Positions 20,507 to 31,620 of a DNA stretch of 64,000 nucleotides are shown in pieces. Made by a program: the position numbers and the translations under genes. The DNA lies in contig JBHLMN010000009.1 of NCBI GenBank assembly GCA_048938105.1, positions 1-64,000 of the forward strand. The letters run 5' to 3'. This DNA comes from Promethearchaeota archaeon. Its GTDB lineage: Archaea > Asgardarchaeota > Heimdallarchaeia > Hodarchaeales > Hodarchaeaceae. The notes below the pieces were generated by a model. It saw only the letters and a program-made list of their open reading frames with translations. It had not been told where the DNA came from and searched no databases. Numbering within the stretch: position 1 is the stretch's first letter; each line of letters starts with the position of its first letter.

Positions 20507-21538
20507 ATGGTTCCCTTTGTTCCCAGTGATTTGGTGGAATATCCTATTATAAGCTATTTTAAATTCAGGAATAAAGGAAAGCTTATAGATCAAGAGCTTT
20601 CTCATTCCTTTATTTCCACCTACGGACGTTTTTATCGGAAAGATCCTCGAAATTTCTTTATTAAGGATTTCAAATCGAGTTTGCACGACATCAAATGGGG
20701 TAAAAGTATTTCGAGAGGCCCTTTCTTACATTCTATAGCTAAATTTCGTAGCCCATACCACCCTCTTTCTCCAATATTAAAAGAGACTAAATATCATCCT
20801 GTACTTAATATGATCACCCATCAATATCGATATAAGGACTCGGATGAGAAAGAAGATAAGAAATCAGCTGTTCTCCATCTTCATGGGTATGCTGAGAATA
20901 CTTTTTTCTTTCATGAACTTAGTTATTTTCGACTCTTTCGACATTTTTTTAACTGCAATATTTTTACACTTGAACTTCCCTATCATTTTCATCGACAACC
21001 CATAGATTCACCTTTTTCAGGAGCTTATTACCTCAATGGTAATCCTATTAGAATGTTAGAAGCTATTCGCCAATCCATTCAAGAGATTCTCTATATGATC
21101 CAATACCTCAAAGAGAAATATGAGCGAATCATTTTATTTGGCGTTTCTTTAGGAGGTCACTTGGCAGCTTTAACTACTCAATTTTTTACTGATGTAGATA
21201 TTATCTGCGCACTTGCTAGTCCATTTTTATTTAACCTTAATCCTAAGATCGTACCTGTTTCAACCAAATTCGTGTCTAAAATTAAAGAAAATGGACACAT
21301 AGACTGGTATAAAATCCTATATGTATGTAACTTGAAATATTTCTCTCCTTTCACAACAAATCGTCATACAGCTATTATTGGTGGGGTATACGACCGAATT
21401 GTCCCTTTTTCACGGGTAAATAATTTAGCAACTCTTCTACATAAACCTTTGTTTGTCTATCCTGGAGGTCACCTCTCCCTTATAATTTGGCTTCGTCCAC
21501 TTCTTCATCGAATAAATAATTTTTTTGTAAAGAAATGA
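20507..21538 (+). CDS. Alpha/beta hydrolase (ABHD18/DUF2048-like)
   Basis: LHG, LELPYH..R.P, nucleophile GVSLGGH, D..VP, GGH. Confidence 0.75.
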   Translation: MVPFVPSDLVEYPIISYFKFRNKGKLIDQELSHSFISTYGRFYRKDPRNFFIKDFKSSLHDIKWGKSISRGPFLHSIAKFRSPYHPLSPILKETKYHPVLNMITHQYRYKDSDEKEDKKSAVLHLHGYAENTFFFHELSYFRLFRHFFNCNIFTLELPYHFHRQPIDSPFSGAYYLNGNPIRMLEAIRQSIQEILYMIQYLKEKYERIILFGVSLGGHLAALTTQFFTDVDIICALASPFLFNLNPKIVPVSTKFVSKIKENGHIDWYKILYVCNLKYFSPFTTNRHTAIIGGVYDRIVPFSRVNNLATLLHKPLFVYPGGHLSLIIWLRPLLHRINNFFVKK

Positions 21539-21710
21539 CCATAAATTGCTTTATGCTCGATACAATTAAATTAGAGGTGTGAAAATTTATTATTAGAAAG
21601 ATATCATTTTACTCAATACGCTAGTAGTAGCATTTATATAACATGAAATCTCTAAGATGCTGTATTATTAGTAAATTAAAGTCATATTGAATCTTTATAA
21701 AAAAATATGA

Positions 21711-21760
21711 CGAAAAATTACGAAACATTCAGAAAGATTCAGCTGAATTCAAAAATCAAC
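21711..21760. promoter_or_regulatory. 10-bp phased degenerate repeats with a 12-bp palindrome upstream of surface gene A1
   Basis: cgaaaaatta/cgaaacattc/agaaagattc/agctgaattc; ATTCAGCTGAAT palindrome at 21737-21748. Confidence 0.4.
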
Positions 21761-21904
21761 CATCACCTCACAAAGAAAAAAGGATCGCTATAATAATATT
21801 ATATGAACGATCAAAAACGAGTTCAAGGATGAGGAGTCACACCCACTCATGGATTTCCAATCTCAAACCATGCTTATGTTGTAAATATAATGATGATTAA
21901 ATTA

Positions 21905-24900
21905 AAAGCCTTGGGAGCCTGATGATATGAATTGGACTAGATTCAAAAAGTTTATTTTAAGGAATTATGTTATTATAAGTTTAGTTTTCTTATTTATTTT
22001 CTCTGGAATATCAAATACAACAACAAAGGTAATAAATTCAAGGATTGGTAATGATAATACTCAGATAAATAGTATAACAAATAATAGAGACAAGAGAAAT
22101 GTTTTGGAGAGCATCTCTGCAAATTCTATTGAGTTAATATCACCAGAAAATACGACATACACTTCCCCAATGAGTGGTTATTACCCTGCAACGTTTGGGT
22201 TTGAAAATGAACTCCATGGTACTTTGGGAACAAATCTTGAGTTCTTAGATGAATATGATATTGTAGGTAGTCCCCAGGATTATGTAGGTATAGGGATCAT
22301 TGATGGGCCTTATTATGGCCATAATAAAATGCTGTCCATTGGTGATGCACAGGGAGGGACTTATACTTATGGAGTCCATCATTTTGATAATCCTCCGATA
22401 GCAGGGACAATAGAATTTTATCTTCTCGTAGATAATATTCATTCGCCCTATACAGGTACCCATTATTTTCATTTGCGGGCGATGGATGATACAATTGCAA
22501 TTGAAATGCGAATTAATGTTATTGGACAATATTTGAGTAACATTGAGTATTTTGACGGTAGTTCTTGGCAACTCATCTCGGATCAAGTAAGTTATAACTG
22601 GTACCATCATTCAATAACATTTGATTGTGATGCAGGCACCCAAGGACTTTTTACTTGGATCACAAAATTTGAAAATGGAACTGAAACGGGACGAGTGGAA
22701 AATATTGACTTCTTAAATGATTTGAATACCCTTGATGAATTATATTTAGCAAGTGATGTTCCAACGTATTTTGGATCCACCTTATATGATGCCTTTGGAT
22801 TTAGCTGGGATCCTAATTATACTGTAGGAGATAACCTGAACGAAGGATTACTACTAAGTTATAATCCCCTTACTTCTTTAGATTGGACAGGTTACTCGCT
22901 AGATGGGGGAGCTAACGTCACAATTCCTGGAAATACCACCATTCCAATGCCATCAGAGGGAAGTCATACAATTCAAGTTTATGGGAATGATTCAGTAGGA
23001 ACCTATTATCAATCTGAATTAAGATCCTTCCAAGTTTGGCCTATTGAGATATTAACACCCGAAAATAGAATATACCATGCACCCATGAGTGGTTATTACC
23101 CTGCAACCTATGGATTTGAAAATGAGGATGGGACATTTGGTACGAGTATTGAATTTGTGGATGAGTATTACGCGGCAGGAGGATACACTGGAATTTCGGT
23201 TTGGGACGGACCAACAAATGGTCACATCAAGTATCTACATGTGGGCGATGCGCAGGATTCTACTACTACTTGGTGCGTGCATCATTTTGATAATTCACCA
23301 ACAACAGGAATAATAGAATTCTTCGTGGTTGCTCATGGAACTGTTGGGGAACATCACTTTGCATTGAGAGCTTCAGATGATACAATTGCGGTTGAAATGA
23401 GAGTCTACGTTGATGGAGGAAAATTTCAATATTTTGATGGCACTTCTTGGCAAAATATCGCAGATTTGGTTGTAGACACATGGTTCCATCACTCAATCGT
23501 ATTTGATTGTGAAGCAGGAGGTGGTCAAGGACAATTTGATTGGATTGTAAGCTATGAAAATGGCACTGAAGTTGGGAGTGTAAATAGTATCAGTTTTCAA
23601 AATGATTTGGATAAACTTGATGAATTATATATAGGAAGTACTATATTAACTTATTTAATCTCTACTCAATGGGATGCCTTTGGATTTAGCTGGGATCCTA
23701 ATTATAATGTAGGAGATAACCTGAACGAAGGATTACTACTGAGCTATTATACCCCTACTCCTCTAAATTGGACTGGTTACTCACTAGATGGCGGAGCCAA
23801 CATCACAATTCCTGGAAATACCACCATTCCAATACCATCAGATGGAGATCATATGATTCAGGTTTTCGCGAATGATTCAGAAGGAAACTATTATCAATCT
23901 GAATTAAGATCTTTTCAAGTTATCTCTATTGAAGTATTATCGCCCAAAGATAAAACGTACAATACACCAATGAACGGCTATTATCCTGCCTCCTGGGGCT
24001 TTGAAAATAATGTTCCTGGGAGGGAGCCTTCTGATTGGAATCTTGAGCCTTCAGGTGGTACTAGCTTCTATCGAGTTAATGCAGAATATGATGGCCATAA
24101 AAACGTTCTAGAAATGCGAAAAATCGGTGGTACAACGCAAGTTATGGTAACAAAGAACTTCTTATCAAGTGCTACTGTTGGAACCGTTGAATTCTGGCTC
24201 CAAAAGGATACGGAAGAACAATCAGATCCCACACGGTTTTTTTTGCTTAATTCTTCAGGTCATCCTCAGATAATATTTTATGTTGAAGAAAAAGATCTTT
24301 ATCACCGTAATTACGGGGAAGGGAGTTTACTTGCTTGGGATGTTATCGCTAAGGATACCTGGTATCATTTTCGGATAGATTTTGATGTCTCACAAAGTGG
24401 TTGGCATCTTCAGGTTAATGGTGTATGGTATGGCGGCACCATACCTTTTTATTATTCAGTGGCGAATCGTGTCTCAGGATTCCAAATGGCATCAATCGAC
24501 ACTGGAGATTATTCAGATTATGGTGCTTTTTTGGATGCTGTAGGCTATTCTTGGGATCCTGGCTATATTACTGGGGCTAATCTCAATGAAGGATTACTAC
24601 TGAGCTATAATACCTCTACCCCTCTGAATTGGACTGGTTACTCACTAGATGGCGGAGCTAACGTCACAATTCCTGGAAATACCACCATTCGAGTACCATC
24701 AGATGGAAGTCATACGATTCAAGTTTATGGGAATGATTCACTAGGTAATTGGTATTTCTCGAAACCAAGATCCTTCCAATGTTTTTTAAATCCCCCAAGT
24801 ATCACTAGTCCGCCTGATCAGCTCGATATTGAATTAGGTGATATAGGGAGAAATATTTTATGGTCTGTTTCTGATCCCAATCCTGCTAATTACACAGTAT

Positions 24901-27900
24901 ATCGAAATGGAACAGTATTCGAGGAAGGAAACTTGACTACAACTCCATCACCTGTTTTTATTTCATTGGATGGACTATCAGAAGGAAACCATAATTTTAC
25001 TTGTGTAGCAAGGAATATATTTGCAATGCCTGCCAGTGATGAGGTCTGGATTACTGTAGGTCCTGATGAGACCCCACCTGACATTTCTTCCCCTTCTGAT
25101 ATTAGTTTTGAAGATGGCTCTATTGGGTATACGATTCTTTGGACTGGTTCTGACATCTTTCCTTGGTGGGCATCCGTCCATAGAAACGATGACCTAATTT
25201 ATGATCAAGCGTGGGTTGGAAATGACATTAGAATCTCTCTTGATGGCCTCCCAATTGGATTATCCATCTTCAATTGTACTCTCTTTGATGAAGCTGGTAA
25301 CTCAGTTTATGATGTTGTAGAGGTTAATGTAACTGAAGCTGTTCTAGATACTATCGCACCAAAGGTAACTGCACCAGGTCCCCTAGAGTTTGAGGAAGGA
25401 ACTACAGGTCATATCCTCACCTGGATCTGTTCAGATGATCATCCATATGCCTATAAAATCCAGATAAATAATATTGATGAGCTTTTCAATCCTTGGCGTG
25501 GAGGAAATGTTGTTTATTCTGCGGATGATCTTCCTGTTGGCGTATGGGAAGTAAACCTCACTCTTTACGATCTCTCAGGTAACCTAGCTTCAAGCCCAGT
25601 AATCGTTACAGTTATTCCAGAAGCACCTGATACAACAGCTCCGACGGTTTCTCACCCTGAAGAGTTAATTGTTGCTGAGAATACTGCTAGTACAATTGTC
25701 TGGGAAGTAGATGATAAGCATCCAGACTGGTATACCATTTCTAGAAATGGATCAGTCATCTATGAACAACATTACTGGGTGCCAGGGATCATTCAATTTC
25801 ATTTTACCTCATTACCTCTTGGGACCTGGGAATTTAAGTTAACTGTATGGGATGAGGCAGGAAATAGTGCATCGGGTATTGCAATCGTTATAGCACTTCC
25901 TGGGGATGCATTCGATATTAATCCTCCAGACATTTCCCATGTAGCAGATATACAATATACCTATGGGACCACAAATCATTATCTTATCGTCTATCTATTT
26001 GATGAGCATCCTCAGGGTTATTCAATCTCTATAACTACAGATACTAATATTACTGAACAAATATGGACCTCACCTAATATTCGGGTTGATTTTTGTTTAG
26101 ATGATTTAGCAGTGGGTAGTTATACAGTTACGATAACTGCTTGGGACGCATTTGGCAATACTGAGACAAGTACCGTTAAAGTTACTGTTCAGGGAGATAT
26201 AACCCCACCCACTATTTCTTACCAACCTGATATCACTGCTTATGAAAATACCAATATTACGCTGACCTGGCAAATATCTGACGAGGCTCCCTCTCATTTC
26301 GAGCTAATCTTTTTGCCTGAGGGAAAAGTAAATCAATCAGGATCGTGGTCTGGTAATACAATCGAAATAATTATTAGAAATCTACCTACTGGTACATATC
26401 GATATAGACTTATTGTTTATGATGTTTCAGGTAACTATGCTGTAGATGATTTTACACTAACAGTGATTGAAAGTAGGGGAGCTCCTGGTTTTGAAATCCT
26501 CACTGCTGTACTATTTTTGCTGTTTTTCGCGAGATTTCGGGCTTATTTCAATTTAAAAAGGAGGAAAGGAAAATGAGTATTGTCCAGGAATTAAAATTTG
26601 GAGTTAAGAACCATTGGAAGCTGTTTTATGCTGTTATTGCACTTTTGATCCTTAGCTGTCCCGTAGCAGCTCAGTATTACACACCAGATATTAAATTCTC
26701 TAATTTTATGCCCACTAAAATCCCAAGACTAATGAAACAATCTTCTAATAATGATCAGGCTAAATCAAAAATACCTGATTACTTGTATAATTTCCTATCA
26801 GAAGAAGATCAAAAGAACCTGGAAACATACGGAGAATATTTGGAGTACCTTTCAGACGAAGACTTGGAAATGCTAGAAACATATGATGAATATTTACAGC
26901 AACTTGCGGATCCAAACCAACAATCTTCAAAAGCTTATGATTATTTTCAAAATTGTTGGCACCCTGTTGAAGAAACCATATCAGTCTCATCTGAGGAATT
27001 GCCAAACTTTGAAGAATCACTACAATCATTTTTCTTTAATGATTGGGTCAAAAAACCATCCTATTCTTTAGCAGTTGAATCAGATGAAGAAATTGAATCC
27101 ATAAACACCTGTGATGATCATAAAATTGAAACAACTACGATATTAAAAAAAGATAATTGTGAATTAGTTGATACAACAATTATTTCTGAAAATCAAGAAA
27201 TTTATCAAAGATCAGTGTTTACTGAAGACAGTGAGCTTACACAGATTACAGAAATTTCTGGGAAACCTCAAATTAAACTTATTGAACCAGATTTTTCTGG
27301 ATTCGATGATATTAAGATTCCGATCCGCTCTAAAGAAGAGGCTGGAAAGGGAGCTGGTCAAACTGAGTTAGAATGGGTCACTAAAACTATTGATGTTAAG
27401 ATGGGCTTTGAATTTGATCTTCCTAGTTTTAACTATAGGCTGTATGCATCTATTTATTTCACAAGATTCCGAGCTTGGGCTATATTTGAGGCAGGATTTC
27501 ATTTTATCTTTCCTGTGAGGCTGATTATTGAATATCCTGCAGAAGTAATAGAAGGTCTAACTTACGATTTTAAAGTAACTCTTATTCCTCTTGATCTTCC
27601 GGACTATCATGAGTTTGAAATTAAATTCTTGTTAGATGTTGGCGTTGCAATGGATGTATTGCATCTTTGGTGGGGAACAAAGCGAATATCAATTCCATAT
27701 TGGTGGTTCTGGAAATGGCGTAGTATAACAATAGTAATCCCTTGGCTATATGGGGATTGGAAAAATGTCTATTATTATCCGCTCATTTATTATAATTTCC
27801 ATAAATATGACGATTATCAAACACCTTTAGCGGGAGAAAAAGCCAAGATAGATTTTAATTTTGACGTAGATCTTCTTCCGATCATCGCAGATTTAAATAT

Positions 27901-30900
27901 TCCTTATTTATCTACGATTTGTGATGCATTATCATATTTCTTGGAAATTGGTGTCGGTCTTGGATTCCTCGATATATCTGGAAAAGCAGTTACAGGACAA
28001 CTAGCTGCTTCAGCTGGTGATTCACCTAAGACAAGGAATCCTGTGAGCTGGACTTATTCTGGGGAAGAAAATATCTTAGAATTTGGTATTCCGCATGAAG
28101 CAGGAGAATTACTTGGACTTTCTGTTGATGAAATGATATTCCATGCTAGCAAAGTAGTCTGGAGCCCAGAGTTTTTCCTTTACTTTAAAAATGTAAACTG
28201 GTGGATTTTTACAATTCCTCTTCGAAATTGGATCGGTGGATTTCGTGTCCCAATTCTGGGTATTAATTTCGGAGAAATGAACCTTCCGTCCTTATATTCA
28301 TATGATATTAGCGCATCTTCAATAATATCTGAAGACGTTTATGATTTCCTAATGGATGTTGAAGAAATAACTCCAGTTGGAGGCCAAGGGGCATTAGCGA
28401 CCATCAATACATATGACCAGATGTATGAAATAACATTGCAAAATATCGCAGGTAGATCTGATGTGATTGAACTAGAGGTTCAAGGATTACCAGAAGGTTA
28501 CACAGCTACTTTTGATAGAGCAGTACCCCAATATAGCATTGGTTCGATTCCTACAACTGTGAATTTAATTATTTCACCACCAGAATATATTAAAGCATCC
28601 CCAGGAGAGAAAACATTTAATATTGTAGCAACAAGTCAAGCGAAACGGAATCTGAATGTCCCAGACCCTACAACGACTAAATCTGCTACTTTAATTGTTC
28701 CCTCTACTTCAGATTTCAGTCTTAATGTTGATTTAGGAACTGATATCGATAAAGTTATCCAGGTTAATTACGGAGATTATATCCCAATAGGGTTCTTGGG
28801 GGAAAACTTAGGCAATCAAAATGACACAATAACTGTAAACGCAACGCTTTATTCACCAGATTCAACCCTAAGAAGTTGGGAAGAAAGTTACGCAGTTGAA
28901 CCATATGGTTCAGGATCAAATCAGTATTATTCAGGTGAGTATGGATTTACGTATAATCGAACTGATCTCTATCCCTCTCCGGGTGTTTATACGCTAGATA
29001 TTGAAGCAACAAGTCAAAGGTCACCCACTAATGTTAAGAAAGTTCGATTAGCTCTTAATTTCACCCCACATTACGACTTAGAAACTTCAATTAGTCCCAA
29101 TTCTACAACTATGTTCGCTAATTTCGCGTCTAATTTCACATTCACATTAACAAATATGGGAAATGCCATGGATAACTACACATTGACATCTAGTGGATGG
29201 GATGACTATATCACTTTTATAACTGGAAATAAAATCCTAAATCTCGCTCCTGATGATCATGAGGAAATAATAGTGGCGCTGAAAATACCAAAGTCAGAAA
29301 TAAATAACACAGATGCGGGAGTATATGATTTTCGAATTACCGCTACATCTGATAGTAGCGGAGGAGCGATATTCTCATCAACAGATGTCAGTGTGAATGT
29401 TCTCGAACCTGATTATGTCCCTCCAGCAATCATTTCTGTTGATACACCGTACGATTATGAAGCACTTGAGTTTAAAACTTCACCCTGGGGTTTAGAATAC
29501 CCATATTCAGAAGAATTTACATATGGGCCATCCTGGAAAGCGATCGATGATTATCCGAATAAATACTCAGTTTTTATTGATAATAATCCTTATACGGGTC
29601 CTCTTTACTTAGGATCATGGCAGAATGATACTCCTATATTTGTTCCTGTAACAGGAATAAATGCATTAGATGAAGGAATCCATAATATTACTGTAACATT
29701 CAATGATACCTCTGGAAATGTGGCTACTGAACAGATCTGGATCACAATCACGCCATCTGATACCACGATGCCAATTGTAACACCACTTTCAAGTGATTGC
29801 AGCGTACCAGAGAACTATGTGGAATATGATGTAATTCCTCTTGTCTGGAATTGTACTGAAGAATATCTTTTGGATATAAGTATATATAAGAATGGGACTA
29901 AGTTTCCAATCTATGAATATTTTAGAGAGAGTCTTAAAGTAGAACAAAATCCAGATATAAAACATAATTTTATTGTAACATGTTATATTCCTGAAACGTA
30001 TTTATTAGACGAAGCTGACCCTCCATATGTTTGGAATATTACACTCTCTATTCAGGATGGCGGAGGTAATTCTACCTCAGCAAGTATATTCATTATAGTG
30101 ACTGATCCCGACAATGATCCTCCCGAATTTACGATTTCACCTGAAATTTATTCTTCGGCTTATCTCAAACACGGTAAGACATTTAATTTCACAGCAACAG
30201 ACACTTATCCAGCCAAATATGAGCTTTGGATTAATTCAACTCTTTCACAAAATGGCACATGGAAATCTGGAATTCCTGTCGAATTTCAGGTAGACGAGTT
30301 AAATCTAAGTGTTGGAGCCAATGATTTAGAACTTTATGTATATGATCTCGTAGGCCAGTATGCTTATGCTCAATGGATCTTTACACTTCAAGATATTGAT
30401 CCACCAACGTTAGTGGTTGCACCAAATGATTTCATGGTCTATGAACATAATATAACGGAAGGGGAGCTTCCTTACTGGCAATTACACGATTTTGATCCCA
30501 ATCCTGGCATATACCGAATTTATCAAGATAGTGTTTTGGTCGAAGAGGGCAACTGGACTATTGGTAACCACTTTATCCCAGTCCCAATTGCGAACTTAAC
30601 ACCAGGGCTACATAATATTAGAGCTGAATTTCGAGATGCGACTGGCAATATGATTCCCTCTTCTTTTGATGTGACCGTTAAAGATGTCCTTGCACCATAT
30701 ATTTGGCCACACGATCCCATTCATTACGAACCACTCTATACAGCCTCATGGTTTGAATTTTTCATCTCAGAACCACACTTAGAGAGCTATCAATTGTTCA
30801 GAAATGGGACCTTAATCACTGAAGATTCTTTGTCAGAAGATTTTCCGTTTATATTCGTAAATATTGCGGATTTGTCTTCAGGCTATCATATCTATACAGT

Positions 30901-31620
30901 AGAAGTCACTGACGAGTCAGGAAATATAGGCAAAGAATTAGTTGAGATTTATGTTACTGATTACACTCCGCCTTTCATAATAAGGCCACCAGATCTTATA
31001 TTCTCTGAAGGAACCATAGGCCATTCAATACTTTGGGAGATCATAGAAGCAAATCCTCATAACTATTCTCTGTATCTCGATGATCAGCTAATTTCATCAG
31101 GAACACTTACAGACATGAACATGTCAATTTCTGTAGATACACTTGAATTGGGATTACACAAGTATGTTCTTGTAGTCTATTGTCAATTTGGTTTTTCACA
31201 TAGTGCATCCTGTTATGTTGTAGTTGTGGATACTGCGGCGCCAACATTGTCTCATGTTTTCGATTGTAGATACACCGAGGGAGATCCTAATGCGGAAATT
31301 GTTTGGAAGGCATACGATCTACACCCGTCTTCATACACGATAAAACATAATGGAACTACTATTATAACGGAGACTTGGACAGGAACCGACATCACTTTGC
31401 CGTTAATCGGATGGTTTGCTGGAACTCATAATATTGAGCTGATTGTAAGTGATACTTCAGGAAACACTGCCATGGATGAAGTCAAACTTAAAATAATCAA
31501 AGAAGAATTATATAGTACAGTGAAAGGACCGAGTAGCACTCCAGGGTTCATTTTAATTTATGTTCTAGTGGTTTTTACAATCCTTGCACTAGTTAAATAT
31601 CAAGTGAAAAAGCGAAATTA
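21905..31620 (+). repeat. Copy 1 of a diverged about 10-kb direct duplication (A+B cassette)
   Basis: Long near-identical nucleotide blocks shared with 34246-44112, e.g. tgagaccccacc.gacatttcttc; gaagaagatcaaaagaacctggaaacata. Confidence 0.9.
21927..26576 (+). CDS. Giant surface protein A1: 3 x (Ig domain with inserted LamG/ConA-like module), Ig-repeat stalk, PGF-CTERM-like anchor
   Basis: N-terminal hydrophobic segment; three about 300-aa repeats (GYYPA..GFEN...DAFGFSWDP...WTGYSLDG...GNDS); D..PP Ig repeats; APGFEIL-TM-KRRKGK. Confidence 0.85.
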   Translation: MNWTRFKKFILRNYVIISLVFLFIFSGISNTTTKVINSRIGNDNTQINSITNNRDKRNVLESISANSIELISPENTTYTSPMSGYYPATFGFENELHGTLGTNLEFLDEYDIVGSPQDYVGIGIIDGPYYGHNKMLSIGDAQGGTYTYGVHHFDNPPIAGTIEFYLLVDNIHSPYTGTHYFHLRAMDDTIAIEMRINVIGQYLSNIEYFDGSSWQLISDQVSYNWYHHSITFDCDAGTQGLFTWITKFENGTETGRVENIDFLNDLNTLDELYLASDVPTYFGSTLYDAFGFSWDPNYTVGDNLNEGLLLSYNPLTSLDWTGYSLDGGANVTIPGNTTIPMPSEGSHTIQVYGNDSVGTYYQSELRSFQVWPIEILTPENRIYHAPMSGYYPATYGFENEDGTFGTSIEFVDEYYAAGGYTGISVWDGPTNGHIKYLHVGDAQDSTTTWCVHHFDNSPTTGIIEFFVVAHGTVGEHHFALRASDDTIAVEMRVYVDGGKFQYFDGTSWQNIADLVVDTWFHHSIVFDCEAGGGQGQFDWIVSYENGTEVGSVNSISFQNDLDKLDELYIGSTILTYLISTQWDAFGFSWDPNYNVGDNLNEGLLLSYYTPTPLNWTGYSLDGGANITIPGNTTIPIPSDGDHMIQVFANDSEGNYYQSELRSFQVISIEVLSPKDKTYNTPMNGYYPASWGFENNVPGREPSDWNLEPSGGTSFYRVNAEYDGHKNVLEMRKIGGTTQVMVTKNFLSSATVGTVEFWLQKDTEEQSDPTRFFLLNSSGHPQIIFYVEEKDLYHRNYGEGSLLAWDVIAKDTWYHFRIDFDVSQSGWHLQVNGVWYGGTIPFYYSVANRVSGFQMASIDTGDYSDYGAFLDAVGYSWDPGYITGANLNEGLLLSYNTSTPLNWTGYSLDGGANVTIPGNTTIRVPSDGSHTIQVYGNDSLGNWYFSKPRSFQCFLNPPSITSPPDQLDIELGDIGRNILWSVSDPNPANYTVYRNGTVFEEGNLTTTPSPVFISLDGLSEGNHNFTCVARNIFAMPASDEVWITVGPDETPPDISSPSDISFEDGSIGYTILWTGSDIFPWWASVHRNDDLIYDQAWVGNDIRISLDGLPIGLSIFNCTLFDEAGNSVYDVVEVNVTEAVLDTIAPKVTAPGPLEFEEGTTGHILTWICSDDHPYAYKIQINNIDELFNPWRGGNVVYSADDLPVGVWEVNLTLYDLSGNLASSPVIVTVIPEAPDTTAPTVSHPEELIVAENTASTIVWEVDDKHPDWYTISRNGSVIYEQHYWVPGIIQFHFTSLPLGTWEFKLTVWDEAGNSASGIAIVIALPGDAFDINPPDISHVADIQYTYGTTNHYLIVYLFDEHPQGYSISITTDTNITEQIWTSPNIRVDFCLDDLAVGSYTVTITAWDAFGNTETSTVKVTVQGDITPPTISYQPDITAYENTNITLTWQISDEAPSHFELIFLPEGKVNQSGSWSGNTIEIIIRNLPTGTYRYRLIVYDVSGNYAVDDFTLTVIESRGAPGFEILTAVLFLLFFARFRAYFNLKRRKGK

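Noticed and set aside
21711-21760. CRISPR array
   Set aside because: Units are 10 bp, degenerate and lack spacers; no cas genes; no CRISPR-like array seen anywhere in the window
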